Positions 29,135 through 39,217 of a stretch of DNA of 64,000 bases are shown piece by piece. Source of the stretch: Escherichia virus TH47. The stretch lies in sequence record MT446416.1; one strand, given 5' to 3'. The position numbers were made by a program, and so were the translations under genes. Each line of letters opens with the position of its first letter. Within the stretch, counting starts at the first letter, position 1. Under the pieces are notes generated by a model that saw nothing but the letters and a program-made list of their open reading frames with translations, was not told where the DNA came from and searched no databases.

Positions 29135-29195
29135 AGGAGGGGAACTATTCCCCTCTCGATATAAAACATTATACACTTTATTCAGTACTGTGCAA
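29135..29195 (-). promoter_or_regulatory. sigma70-like promoter (TTGCAC-16-TATAAT) plus stem-loop AGGGGAAnnnTTCCCCT
   Basis: -35 29190-29195, -10 29168-29173, stem-loop 29135-29156. Confidence 0.55.
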
Positions 29196-29202
29196 GTACT
29201 TT

Positions 29203-29415
29203 TTAATCTTTCAGCCAATGATCCTGAATGAATTTTTCACCAAATCCCTGTTTCATGGATTCTAACAGGCGTTCACGGTGAGCGTTGGCGAATTGCTCCG
29301 TACTATGCGTTACACCTGGTTGATATCTGGATTCACCATTGGGGGCGATGTATTGCACATCCCACGGTTTAGCGTTAGTATCAGACCATTTACGAACGAT
29401 TAGTTGACCTTGCAT
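29203..29415 (-). CDS. hypothetical protein
   Basis: 70 aa; GAGGAAAG RBS. Confidence 0.5.
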   Translation of the reverse strand: MQGQLIVRKWSDTNAKPWDVQYIAPNGESRYQPGVTHSTEQFANAHRERLLESMKQGFGEKFIQDHWLKD

Positions 29416-29501
29416 TTTTCTTTCCTCTTAGTGGGGAGAATCATTTCTCCCCTTCATGTAAACTATTATACAGTACTATAATCTATTGTCCAGTACTTTT
29501 T

Positions 29502-29690
29502 TTACAGTTTATGAATCAATTCTTTATCTAAGCGATAGCGTACATTATTAATAGTAACGGCATTGTTTTTAATGCTACGCTGTACTGGTCCACCAGCAAT
29601 AACAAACGTTGCCTTATTACCCCGAACAATGATAGCACTTCCTGGATTGCTGTATTCATCTTGTACTAAAATACTTGATAAGTTTTCCAT
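29502..29690 (-). CDS. hypothetical small protein
   Basis: 62 aa. Confidence 0.45.
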   Translation of the reverse strand: MENLSSILVQDEYSNPGSAIIVRGNKATFVIAGGPVQRSIKNNAVTINNVRYRLDKELIHKL

Positions 29691-29777
29691 TTTTATTTCC
29701 TCTTAGTAGGGGAAGATGTTTCCCCTTGATGTAATACAGTATACACTATCTTTCAGTACTGTCAATACTTTTTAGTA

Positions 29778-30134
29778 TTACGATAAAATCATGATAGGAT
29801 ATTCACTATCGATCAGTACTTCGAATCCAAAACCTTCGTACCATTCTTTAAGATTAAAGGCGTTATCTTCTCCCGTATCGCATTCTAAAATGATACAATC
29901 GGAATCATCAGCGGCATCAATAAAGGCATTCATTAATTCGTTACCTTCACCATTGCCCCGACTATCAGGATCAACATAAAGAGAATCAATAAACGCTACA
30001 CGGTCATAATCAAGATCCGGTGCAATGATTCCACGTTTTTCAAACCAGTACTGCAATTGTGCTACTTTGCCCTGTACTTGATAGCCAGTGATCTCGCCAT
30101 TGTCAGTAGTACGCGTGATATGTTGTATTCCCAT
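29778..30134 (-). CDS. possible GNAT-type N-acetyltransferase
   Basis: 118 aa; segment VDPDSRGNGEGNELMNAFIDAA resembles acetyl-CoA-binding motif A; weak. Confidence 0.35.
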   Translation of the reverse strand: MGIQHITRTTDNGEITGYQVQGKVAQLQYWFEKRGIIAPDLDYDRVAFIDSLYVDPDSRGNGEGNELMNAFIDAADDSDCIILECDTGEDNAFNLKEWYEGFGFEVLIDSEYPIMILS

Positions 30135-30197
30135 GATTTCTATCCTCAGTTAAGATATAAAATATTATACACTATCTTTCAGTACTGTCAATACTTT

Positions 30198-30455
30198 TTA
30201 TCTCATAGATCTATGCCAACAATTACGCGGGGGACGTTTAAAAGTACTATCATGATCCTCCTGGCAAGTTATGCAGTACATGCACCCTACAACGGCCTGG
30301 CGTCGATTCTCAGGGATTAAATCACCGCAATCATGACAATGTGTTAGTGATTCTCTTTGTGCGTTAATTTGCTTTCTAGCGTGGTTTACGGCGGCCTGAA
30401 TCACTGCGTTAATCTCGTCTTGTTCGGCCCCGTCTTTCGCGAATCCTACTGCCAT
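30198..30455 (-). CDS. TraR/DksA-family C4 zinc-finger protein
   Basis: CHDCGDLIPENRRQAVVGCMYCITCQ closely parallels TraR CEACGNPIPEARRKIFPGVTLCVECQ. Confidence 0.75.
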   Translation of the reverse strand: MAVGFAKDGAEQDEINAVIQAAVNHARKQINAQRESLTHCHDCGDLIPENRRQAVVGCMYCITCQEDHDSTFKRPPRNCWHRSMR

Positions 30456-30783
30456 TATTTTAACCTCATTATAAAAATACTATATTACTGTAATGCTACA
30501 ATAATACTACTAGTACTAATCTTATTCAAACCACATGATACTACATATCCACCAGCATTACCACGGATAGTAACGCCTTTGTACTGTCTATATAAATTCA
30601 ACTGCGTTTATTGCCTTTGATCAAGAATTGATCAGAATTATACGCCTTATGCTAAATTGATCCAGTACTTTTTGATCATTTATTGATCAATATTATACAG
30701 TTACATTTGTGCACCCTATGGGTTGGTGACGTTCTCGTCTTGATGTAAGTATTATGCCAGTACTGGATGATATTGTCAATAGA

Positions 30784-30981
30784 TTATTTTAACTTTTTTC
30801 TGTCATTGATTAATGCTTTCAGTACTATACTAATGATTTGCAATGATTCATCAATGACTATAAAATTATTATCTTTCATTAGATGATAGTTACCATTGAT
30901 ATTATATTCTAATGAGTACTGTTTACGTTTAATTTTTGATAATGTTTCTATTTGTTTTTGTACTGATTTCATGCTAATCAT
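30784..30981 (-). CDS. hypothetical small protein
   Basis: 65-aa ORF. Confidence 0.35.
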   Translation of the reverse strand: MISMKSVQKQIETLSKIKRKQYSLEYNINGNYHLMKDNNFIVIDESLQIISIVLKALINDRKKLK

Positions 30982-31087
30982 TGTTAAACGTCCTGTAACG
31001 CATTCTAACGATATAAACGGTTTAGTACTGGCATTGTATAGGGTAAATGATTAAAGCCCACCAGCGTTAACTAGTGGGCTATAATCT

Positions 31088-31237
31088 TACATCTTGCGGA
31101 TAATCTTAACAGTATCTTTCACCGATTTACCGTCTTGCTGGCATTGCTCGATCATCGCGTATTGTTCTGCGGTCAGATCCTCGCCAGTTTTTGCCAGTAC
31201 TGCATCGATGAATGAATCCAGTGCGATCATTTTATTT
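31088..31237 (-). CDS. hypothetical small protein (49 aa)
   Basis: manual translation MIALDSFIDAVLAKTGEDLTAEQYAMIEQCQQDGKSVKDTVKIIRKM; GAGAGAAATAAA upstream. Confidence 0.4.
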
Positions 31238-31320
31238 CTCTCTTAGGTTAAGTTAACTACTGTTTATAAAACTTATTATACAGTACTATCAATCTATGTC
31301 AATAGTACTGGTAATATATT

Positions 31321-31572
31321 TTATACGGGCTGTACCGCCAGTGTATTATCTGTTATAACCTGGTACATAACTTTTACAGTACTGTATGCTTCTTTGATGC
31401 TTAGCCCTTGAACTACAGGGACTTCATCAGCACCACCAGGAAGGGTACGCGAGATAACCAGTTTATCATTTTCTGAATGTACACAGTAACGATAGGTCAT
31501 CTGGCGACGGGCTAACGCATCATTCAAGTACTGTAAGTGGCGTTCTACGTTCTCGCGAGTAATACGGGTCAT
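31321..31572 (-). CDS. hypothetical protein
   Basis: start MTRITRENVERH at 31570-31572. Confidence 0.45.
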   Translation of the reverse strand: MTRITRENVERHLQYLNDALARRQMTYRYCVHSENDKLVISRTLPGGADEVPVVQGLSIKEAYSTVKVMYQVITDNTLAVQPV

Positions 31573-31608
31573 GATTGTTTCCTTAATAGTGTGGACTTGA
31601 TAAAACTT

Positions 31609-31636
31609 ATTATACAGTACTATCAATCTTTGTCAA
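31609..31636 (-). promoter_or_regulatory. consensus sigma70 promoter TTGACA-16-TATAAT
   Basis: -35 31631-31636, -10 31609-31614 on minus strand, upstream of 31321-31572. Confidence 0.55.
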
Positions 31637-31655
31637 TAGTACTGTGATAATATTT

Positions 31656-31868
31656 TTAGTTAATGATAGTCAGTGTAAAATTGTAATCCCCTGCCTGGTA
31701 TAGTACTTTGTCGCCGAACGTACCAACACGTTTCATATTGCAATAGATACCCATAACACTTTTTACATCTTTGATATTCCGAACGCCTGTGATATCCTTG
31801 TTGAAATTTTCATGATCAGAAAATAAAACTTGTTTTGCATTTTTCAGTACAGTGCAGATATTAGCCAT
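31656..31868 (-). CDS. hypothetical protein
   Basis: 70 aa. Confidence 0.5.
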   Translation of the reverse strand: MANICTVLKNAKQVLFSDHENFNKDITGVRNIKDVKSVMGIYCNMKRVGTFGDKVLYQAGDYNFTLTIIN

Positions 31869-31962
31869 TTTGTTTTCTCTTTGTTAGTGGGGAGAATCAT
31901 TTCTCCCCTTGATGTAACTTATTATACAGTACTATAATCTATTGTCAAACTATTTTTTAATA

Positions 31963-32301
31963 TTATTCGAAATCTTCTGGACCGGACTGATAATCATCTT
32001 CACCGTATGCACTTTCTAACTTCTCGCCAGTGTGATCATCAGTTAGTGAGTCATCCTCATAGTTCACGTCTACGCCCGTGATGTAAAACTGGCTATCGTC
32101 TGGATCATTGAAATTAATTTTCTGAATGTTTACAATAACTGTATTGATTCCCAGGACACCGCCATCAGCCGTTACAAAGTACTGATAGTTTTCACAACCG
32201 CCTGAATTGAAACCGTAATTAATTTCGGCCCGACCATCATTTAAACGCAGTGCCTGGGCGATGATTTCGTTTTCAAAGTTAGATTGAGCGATTGAGATCA
32301 T
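31963..32301 (-). CDS. hypothetical acidic protein
   Basis: 112 aa, D/E-rich C-terminus. Confidence 0.5.
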   Translation of the reverse strand: MISIAQSNFENEIIAQALRLNDGRAEINYGFNSGGCENYQYFVTADGGVLGINTVIVNIQKINFNDPDDSQFYITGVDVNYEDDSLTDDHTGEKLESAYGEDDYQSGPEDFE

Positions 32302-32365
32302 TTTGTAGTTCCTTGTTTGCTTAAGATGGGACTATTATATAATAGCCCCGTTGTGTTGTCTAGTA

Positions 32366-32833
32366 CTATTTCACGTTAATTTCAAAGTACTGCTCTTTGA
32401 TGTTTTCCTGTTGGTAAATCTCGTTTAATGCTTTAAGATCTAACACCTGTTTACCTGCGGCCCGAATATACTTGTTAAGAGTCGCTAACAGCTTCTCAGG
32501 CGTGTTTGTAGTCTTACGTGTTGGGATCTTATCGTGTCCCATAGCGTAGTACTGTTTACGTGGAATAGTACTGATAACGCTGCGGTACGGTTCCATGATC
32601 AGCTTGTCTGTGTATTCGTCGCTATCCCCGAACTTCATACCGTGGATCGCAAAGGTCATCATCATGCGGTCGTTATCGCGGATATTGTGGGGGCAATCGG
32701 CAAGCTCGCGAGTCAGTGACATAGTGATCCCCACGTCGCCACCCAGCGGTAAAGGTCGGGCGATAAAGAAACCGTTAGGGAATACTTTCAGGAAGTTTTC
32801 TTGTACTGCTGCGACGAATTCGATGCTATTCAT
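32366..32833 (-). CDS. hypothetical protein
   Basis: 155 aa; AAGGAAATG context. Confidence 0.55.
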   Translation of the reverse strand: MNSIEFVAAVQENFLKVFPNGFFIARPLPLGGDVGITMSLTRELADCPHNIRDNDRMMMTFAIHGMKFGDSDEYTDKLIMEPYRSVISTIPRKQYYAMGHDKIPTRKTTNTPEKLLATLNKYIRAAGKQVLDLKALNEIYQQENIKEQYFEINVK

Positions 32834-33499
32834 AATTCATTTCCTTAATTAGTGGGGGAAGTTGTTTCCCCTCTCGATGAAAAACATTATACGCCAATTG
32901 AGATAGTTTGCAAGTACTTTTTAAAAATAGTTTTCAGTACTCAATACTTATATAATAGATACACTTATGCACCCGGTGGGCTAGTGAGCTATCTCTCAAT
33001 GAATATATAATAGCAAAATGGCTGACCGAAGTCAACCACTTTTTTCATTTATTTTTTAGCTTTTAGAATCGCCGCCTTTCGCGTCATGCCTTGCTTAATG
33101 TACTCCTTTACTTTCGCTTTACGTGCTTTCGCTTTATTTGCTTTCGTAAATGCCGAACAACTTTTATAGTTTAAACCTGTTGGATTCATTTAAATCACCA
33201 TAAAGAATAGATAGGTTACTAACAACGCCGCGATCAATGCACCGATCACCGCCGAACTGTAATAAGCAAATGATTTCATTTTTTAGCCTGGAAGTAATGT
33301 TTAATTTGTGCGGCGGTCAGTGCACAATTTCGCAGGAAGTTTTCTGTATAACTGCGGCGAGTACTGAAAGAAAATTGACCTTTGCCGTTGCCGATAGTAA
33401 CATCAAACCGAGCGTTGTATTGTTTCATTTTGATTCTCCTTGTATCAGGGAGGAACCATTTCCCCCCCCTCTATGTAAAACATTATACAGTACTGAAAA

Positions 33500-33709
33500 C
33501 TAATTGCAAGTATTATTTTCTAAAAAATGATTGTATGCTGAATCAACCACTCTTTCGATAACATACGCCAACGGCCCGTATCCAACTACATGACTACAAT
33601 AGAAAGGACTACGATTAGAATCATCGTATGCAAATACTTTTTCAGGATCTGCATCAATCACATACATATTAACCTCTAAGATGTCGATCTTATCCTGTAC
33701 AGTAAGCAT
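33500..33709 (-). CDS. hypothetical small protein
   Basis: start MLTVQDKIDIL at 33707-33709, abutting stop of 33711-33962. Confidence 0.4.
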   Translation of the reverse strand: MLTVQDKIDILEVNMYVIDADPEKVFAYDDSNRSPFYCSHVVGYGPLAYVIERVVDSAYNHFLENNTCN

Positions 33710-33710
33710 A

Positions 33711-33962
33711 TTAATTACCTTTTTCAATGTTTGATAATTCTTCCCAAAAACTTCCCGGATCAATATTATCATAATCCCCTGTAACGTCCTGTAACGCATT
33801 CTCAGGCTGTTTAACGGCTGGGGTAGCCATAGCCATTGCCTGGACTTGTTCGACGCTATAACGCTCATATAGGCGGCATTCTTCCGGTGTTAACATAGCA
33901 TCAATGCGTTTCATTGGTTTAATGATGCTTTCAACTTCATTCAGTACTTGATTAACGTTCAT
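33711..33962 (-). CDS. hypothetical protein
   Basis: 83 aa; GAGGAT RBS. Confidence 0.5.
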   Translation of the reverse strand: MNVNQVLNEVESIIKPMKRIDAMLTPEECRLYERYSVEQVQAMAMATPAVKQPENALQDVTGDYDNIDPGSFWEELSNIEKGN

Positions 33963-34013
33963 GGTATAATCCTCAATATAAGCGGCCTAAATCGACCGCT
34001 AACGATGTTTTGA

Positions 34014-34283
34014 TTAATAGGTGTATGGTTGACGCTCAAACAATGATTGCACGTTGTACGCCCCGCTAATGGGCTTCGCTGGTATGTCGATCTTATATTT
34101 CTCACGCTTAAAGATAATAAAACGGCAATTGTTCTTAACATCAAAATTGATTGAACGTTCCAGGAGTTTTCCATCGTGCACAAATACAAGATAACCGCTC
34201 GCTACTTGTTTTGTAGTACTGGTTGCAACCATTGACCGCCTAACATGCGTACCTGCATCGATTAAAGTACTGATATTTTTCAT
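34014..34283 (-). CDS. hypothetical protein
   Basis: 89 aa; GAGGATAG RBS. Confidence 0.5.
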   Translation of the reverse strand: MKNISTLIDAGTHVRRSMVATSTTKQVASGYLVFVHDGKLLERSINFDVKNNCRFIIFKREKYKIDIPAKPISGAYNVQSLFERQPYTY

Positions 34284-34363
34284 TTTACTATCCTCTTAAT
34301 TTGATTTAATTTCTTTCCCCTATGCAGACACTATATCAAAGTATCTGCATAAAGTAAAGCTAA

Positions 34364-34708
34364 TTAAAGATCTTTTTTGCGTTTAACATCAGTTACCGAA
34401 CTGTAAACAGTGATATTATTGTCACGGCAAAAACGGGAAAGATAAGAACCGCGTAAAAACTCTTTACCTTCCATATTAATAACCTTGCTAAATTCTTCCA
34501 TTGCTACAGTGTCAAAGTGATCCCCATAGCCATATTGGAACGGCACGTTTACTACTTCAATAAATTCGCCATTGATTTCAACATCTACCGTTAAAGAGAA
34601 ATAAGTATTACCATAAGACGCCTGGAACCAACGCCGGGCTGCAATATGTACAACTTCAACAGAAGACAGGTTGATGTTTTGTGCTGTGATAGTGTTGATG
34701 ATAGCCAT
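34364..34708 (-). CDS. hypothetical protein (paralog of 27796-28119)
   Basis: 114 aa; YGYG motif, C-term DVKRKKDL. Confidence 0.5.
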   Translation of the reverse strand: MAIINTITAQNINLSSVEVVHIAARRWFQASYGNTYFSLTVDVEINGEFIEVVNVPFQYGYGDHFDTVAMEEFSKVINMEGKEFLRGSYLSRFCRDNNITVYSSVTDVKRKKDL

Positions 34709-34790
34709 TTTTTGTTTCCTCTTAGTGGGGGAACCATTCCCCTTGATGTAATGTATTATACTTTATCTGATTTACTTTGCAAGTACTTTT

Positions 34791-35018
34791 TTAATTTAAT
34801 TCATCCAGGCAAAGGATACGTTCTACACCTAAATCAGTTAAACTAATAGACGGCACTTGATAGGTTTCAATGTATGCTACACTTGCCCACTGACCGAACT
34901 CATTAACGGCCCAGGTATCCATTGCAAAATGCAATTCCGCACCTGCCTTGTTGGTAATGACTGCAACTACTTGTTCGTTGCCAGTAGTACCAGATACGCG
35001 AGTAATGATAATAGCCAT
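34791..35018 (-). CDS. hypothetical small protein
   Basis: start MAIIITRVSG at 35016-35018; track extension is cassette. Confidence 0.45.
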   Translation of the reverse strand: MAIIITRVSGTTGNEQVVAVITNKAGAELHFAMDTWAVNEFGQWASVAYIETYQVPSISLTDLGVERILCLDELN

Positions 35019-35305
35019 TGTTTTGATTCCTTTTATTTGGAGGGGAAACTGTTTCCCCCCCTCTCGATGTAAAACATTATACGCTAATCTCTTTATAGTG
35101 CAAGTACTTTTTATTACTTTTTGCAAAATACTTTAAACGCTCTCAATCGCTCTATAACAACATTAACGCCACCAGCTAGGGAAATGCATCAGATATTCAG
35201 TTTAATGCGTTAGAATCGTTTCTAGGCGGTGCTGGTGGCCTGGTAAACGGTAAACACAAAAAATCCCACTGTTTAAGGTGGGCTAGTGATTCAGTACTTT
35301 AATTG

Positions 35306-35788
35306 TTATGCTTCAACTTTGCGATGAGCTTCGATCCATTCCTCGCGAGTCAATCCGCTTTCTTTGATAGCATCCAGTACTACCGAAATGCAGTTACCAC
35401 GCACCGGAATCAGATATTCTTCCCCGTTATCAAGTACTACCGCTACACGTTCTTGAATCCATTTTTTAGGCTTAGACTCCGGCTTATCTTCCCCATACTT
35501 AACCGCCAGGGCTTTTTGTGCCATCTCGGTAACTACTTCCATATCCAGCCCATCTACTACCGCCTGGATACTTTCAATTGTTGCTTGTAGTTCTGCTTCA
35601 CGGGCCGCCTTCGCTGCTTCAATCTCTGCCGCTTTATTTGCTTGTAGTTCTTTCGCAGTACTGTAAGCGATGTTAAAATTATTGCGAACCGCTTTCATGG
35701 TATCGTTATCCAGTTCAGCCAGGATCTCTGCCGCTACGTTAGTTTCATTTGCTACCAGTGCTTTGATGAATGATTTGATGTTAGCCAT
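35306..35788 (-). CDS. hypothetical protein, Ala/Glu-rich (coiled-coil-like)
   Basis: start MANIKSFIKAL after GAGGAT; followed by hairpin terminator CCCAC-N-GTGGG + T-run (~35245-35280). Confidence 0.5.
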   Translation of the reverse strand: MANIKSFIKALVANETNVAAEILAELDNDTMKAVRNNFNIAYSTAKELQANKAAEIEAAKAAREAELQATIESIQAVVDGLDMEVVTEMAQKALAVKYGEDKPESKPKKWIQERVAVVLDNGEEYLIPVRGNCISVVLDAIKESGLTREEWIEAHRKVEA

Positions 35789-35939
35789 TAGATAAATCCT
35801 CAATTAAAGTTTAGTTTACGTTCATTAGTGTATCAAAGTTTAATCGACGTGTCCAGTTTTTCGTTCGACTTACTGGCGGTCTACTTAGTGTTCCCCGTCT
35901 TGATGTAATACATTCTACGCCTTTTTGCGGTAATGTCAA

Positions 35940-36500
35940 CTATCTTTTTGAATATTTTTTAATGTATCTCATAATCGCTGGCGGTGTAGTATTATACCTT
36001 TCAGCTAGTATAATTGAGTTAGCATCATGTGAATATGGTTTATACAGTTGTATAACTTCGTTAATCTCTTTTTCAGTTAGTTTTGTCCTAACATGCCTTA
36101 TACCTTCACTCTCATACTTCACTATTTTTTTAATAGGCGTTGCGTCGTCATGTATTCCGGTATCGTGTGCGTGTATTATGTTTTCCTTTCCGGTTGACCA
36201 TTCCAAATTACTGTAATGATTATTACTTTTATTTCTATCCTTATGATTAACCTGGACTTTCTTTCTTTTTGTTTTTTGTGCCCATTCTATTTGTGCAGGT
36301 GTCGGAGGGGGTAGATAGTTGGATGCAACCAATCTTTGAACATACTCAAAATGTTTTGATTTGTCTTCTCTTACAAGCGTTAATCTATGATACCCATCAG
36401 GGCGAATTGTTGGAGAAAGAATATTACTACCATAACGCCTAACATCCCCATACTCACTAATTTCATAAAGGGGATTCTCTTTTAATTGTTTCCATTCCAT
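35940..36500 (-). CDS. HNH-family homing endonuclease
   Basis: N-terminal YEISEYGDVRR...GYHRLTL and LEW-like pattern typical of phage HNH homing endonucleases. Confidence 0.65.
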   Translation of the reverse strand: MEWKQLKENPLYEISEYGDVRRYGSNILSPTIRPDGYHRLTLVREDKSKHFEYVQRLVASNYLPPPTPAQIEWAQKTKRKKVQVNHKDRNKSNNHYSNLEWSTGKENIIHAHDTGIHDDATPIKKIVKYESEGIRHVRTKLTEKEINEVIQLYKPYSHDANSIILAERYNTTPPAIMRYIKKYSKR

Positions 36501-36581
36501 TGATTTGATCCTTTTAGTTTCTCCTTTGTATTATATCACACAAAAACAAAAAAAGCCCACTGTTTAAGGTGGGCTAGTGAT

Positions 36582-36881
36582 TTATAAACAGTTAATTACT
36601 CCTGTGTGCGTTACTTTCTCAGTATCCATTACAGTGACCGAACCGCGTTTAGTACTGGCATCATAATAAATTGTTGTGCTACCTTTCGCATCTTCTTCAT
36701 GGAACGGGCCGTTTTTAAATGCTTCTGGCTGGATCTCTAGATCCTTTAAAACAATATCGCCAGTTCTTTCTTCGGTCATTGCAACAGTGCACTGAATGAA
36801 TTTTTCACTACTTACATCTAACGACGCATTAACAGCGAAAGAGGAAACAGATAAAGCCAGGGAGATGATTGCTACTTTCAT
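36582..36881 (-). CDS. small secreted/periplasmic protein (signal peptide)
   Basis: start MKVAIISLALSVSSFAVNA; hydrophobic core + AxA-like site. Confidence 0.5.
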   Translation of the reverse strand: MKVAIISLALSVSSFAVNASLDVSSEKFIQCTVAMTEERTGDIVLKDLEIQPEAFKNGPFHEEDAKGSTTIYYDASTKRGSVTVMDTEKVTHTGVINCL

Positions 36882-37122
36882 TTGATTATCCTTAGTTACC
36901 AGGGGAACCGTTCCCCCTATGTAAAACATTATACGCGTTTAAAAACTATTATCAAGTACTTTAATATAAAAGTATTTGAAAAATAATTGTTGACAACTGC
37001 ATCCAGTACTGGCATAATACCTACATAAAGACAAAACAGTCTCCAACCCACCGGGTGCATAGATCCGTCTATTAAATGATTCAGTACTGCAAAATAAAGG
37101 GGATCAATTGATCCCCTCTGTA

Positions 37123-37344
37123 TTACTTAGTAAGGTATAAACAGAAGTCACCTTTATTTGCTACGCCGCCAGTGTAACGCGATGAATAGTTAGAAATATC
37201 TTGTACTTCTGCTATTACCAGTGTATCATCATTCATTTCGTCGCAGAAGCAAACGGCTGGATCTTTTACGCCGATATTGTCGGCATGTTCCCGCATAGAT
37301 TTAACCAGTGCTTCCAGTTGAGAAAGAGTAGTGATATTAGCCAT
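37123..37344 (-). CDS. hypothetical small protein
   Basis: start MANITTLSQLEAL at 37342-37344. Confidence 0.45.
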   Translation of the reverse strand: MANITTLSQLEALVKSMREHADNIGVKDPAVCFCDEMNDDTLVIAEVQDISNYSSRYTGGVANKGDFCLYLTK

Positions 37345-37534
37345 TGTATTTTCCTCATTACCAGGGAGAACCATTTCTCCCCTCTATGTAAACTATTATA
37401 CAGTACTGGAAACTAATTGCAAGTACTTAATGGTAAGATCCGCAACGGTTGCAGTAGTTTTATTTGTTCGATCATGATGCTTACTCCTGGTTAAAGGCGG
37501 GAACCATTCCCCGCCATTGTCACAGTACTGAATA

Positions 37535-37774
37535 TTACATTCCAACCATTGCAGCACGGATCGCAGTAGTGCTATACTTGAATCCGTCCGGCGTTGTAGT
37601 AGTACCGTTGGCTTTTAATCTGCGGTACATACATTCCGCTGCAATATCTTTCGTTTTACTTTGAGCGATGCAATTTTGAGCAATCCGGTACAATGATTCA
37701 TCGTTATTGATCCAAAGGCTTACATTCCAATGAGTTTTGTTTTTGTGTCCGTTGTAAGTTTTAGTACTAGCCAT
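37535..37774 (-). CDS. hypothetical protein (paralog of 39563-39790)
   Basis: shared NGHKN-HWNVSLWINNDESLY...AAMVGM. Confidence 0.5.
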   Translation of the reverse strand: MASTKTYNGHKNKTHWNVSLWINNDESLYRIAQNCIAQSKTKDIAAECMYRRLKANGTTTTPDGFKYSTTAIRAAMVGM

Positions 37775-37863
37775 TTTTTAATCCTCTTATATAGTGGGGA
37801 ACTATTCCCCACCTGATGTAAAGTATTATACGCTTTTAAACTTAGTTTGCAAGTACTTTTTAA

Positions 37864-38475
37864 TTAATATGCGATTGATTCTACTACGCCATCAATAACA
37901 TTGAATTGATATTCGTTACCCTCAATCAGTGCCGTAATGTTTTCAGTAGTGAATTGATCCTTATATGCATTCTCTAAATCACGGTAAAACTTGCGTGACA
38001 ATTCACGAATAGTATCAGTTAGTAGTTTCTCAAGCTCATTAACTAACGTTTCTTGTTTTGAGGTTAAATCAGTGTAAGCCGATTCAATGTACCCGCTTAC
38101 AGTGTTCTCATGCGAGTAATGGGAGTGAGATCGCTTTACACTCATCGCCAAATCATCTTCATTCAGCAGGTGACGGATTGAGCGATACTTAGTTAATGCT
38201 CTTACCTTGCGTAAAAACTTCACTGCGTCAACGTGGTCAGTACTGATTGATGCACCGTCACCCTGGGACCAAAAACCACTGAATTGTATTTCAGCGTCAT
38301 TAATGCCATATTCTGGTAGTACTGTTTCTTTATAGTATTCAATTTCACTTTCAGAAAAATAATCGTCGTTTGTGTTTTTTTCACGTTCCCGAACCAGTTC
38401 GATAGCTGACGTTTTTTGTTCTGCGTTCAATTCAGAAAAATCCATAACATAAGTAGTAGTAGTGATAGTTTTCAT
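37864..38475 (-). CDS. hypothetical protein
   Basis: 203 aa; GAGGG RBS. Confidence 0.55.
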   Translation of the reverse strand: MKTITTTTYVMDFSELNAEQKTSAIELVREREKNTNDDYFSESEIEYYKETVLPEYGINDAEIQFSGFWSQGDGASISTDHVDAVKFLRKVRALTKYRSIRHLLNEDDLAMSVKRSHSHYSHENTVSGYIESAYTDLTSKQETLVNELEKLLTDTIRELSRKFYRDLENAYKDQFTTENITALIEGNEYQFNVIDGVVESIAY

Positions 38476-38899
38476 TTTGTAACCCTCATTCAGTAGTTGA
38501 TGTAAGTATTATACGCTTTTAAAAACAATTGTCAAACTATTTTATCAGGGGAGTTTTTCGTATGCCTTACTCCTGGGCTACTCAACGGGGAGTTACTTAT
38601 TTCGTTCCCCGTCCTGATGTAATACATTATACGCCGTTAAACATAGTATGCAAGTACTTTTTAAAATAGTTTTCAGTACTGAATAGTAAAAAGGTATTGA
38701 CAGCACTATCCAGTACTGGCATAATATACCCCATGACAACAGCTAACCCACCGGGTGCACAATTGTAACTGTACTAAACTACTTTTTCTATAGATACACT
38801 CCCGCACCCCGTGGGCCAAATTGTTCGTTTCAATAGATACATTATGCCAGTACTGACAAAATAAGTCAATACTGGCAATTGTAAAGATTTGTAAACTAC

Positions 38900-39130
38900 T
38901 TATACTGCAATCGCGTCCAGGCTATAATAATAATAAGTGCCGTATTGGTGTACTTTATTACCTTTTATTTCAGTACTGAATGAATCCGAACGATTAGCAT
39001 ATGATGTTAATTTAAAGTACTTTGCTTTACTAATACGTTGCCATACACCGCAGATCCGCTGTAAGTAAGTAGTTTTATTAGTGGTAGTATCTTTTACGGT
39101 TTTAACTTCGGTCATATACATATTAGCCAT
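38900..39130 (-). CDS. hypothetical protein
   Basis: start MANMYMTEV at 39128-39130. Confidence 0.45.
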   Translation of the reverse strand: MANMYMTEVKTVKDTTTNKTTYLQRICGVWQRISKAKYFKLTSYANRSDSFSTEIKGNKVHQYGTYYYYSLDAIAV

Positions 39131-39217
39131 TTTTTTAATCCTCTTATGTAGTGGGGAAGTATTCCCCATCTGATATAAAGTATTATACGCTTTTAAACTT
39201 AGTATGCAAGTACTTTT

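Noticed and set aside
23892-35126. N-terminal extensions of track ORFs reading MYNVLHREG..., MAERLKSTCTVLNKVYNVLYREG..., MQKVIKSTCTIKRLAYNVLHREG...
   Set aside because: These residues are the translation of the conserved promoter/stem-loop cassette (TATAATGTTTTACAT...GGGGAA...); real starts are the downstream ATGs with Shine-Dalgarno sequences.
37420-37535. 20-codon ORF (MIEQIKLLQPLRILPLSTCN) with a good RBS after a GGCGGGAAnnnTTCCCCGCC hairpin
   Set aside because: Too short and overlaps the promoter of the next gene; most likely the remnant of a deleted gene start rather than a functional peptide.
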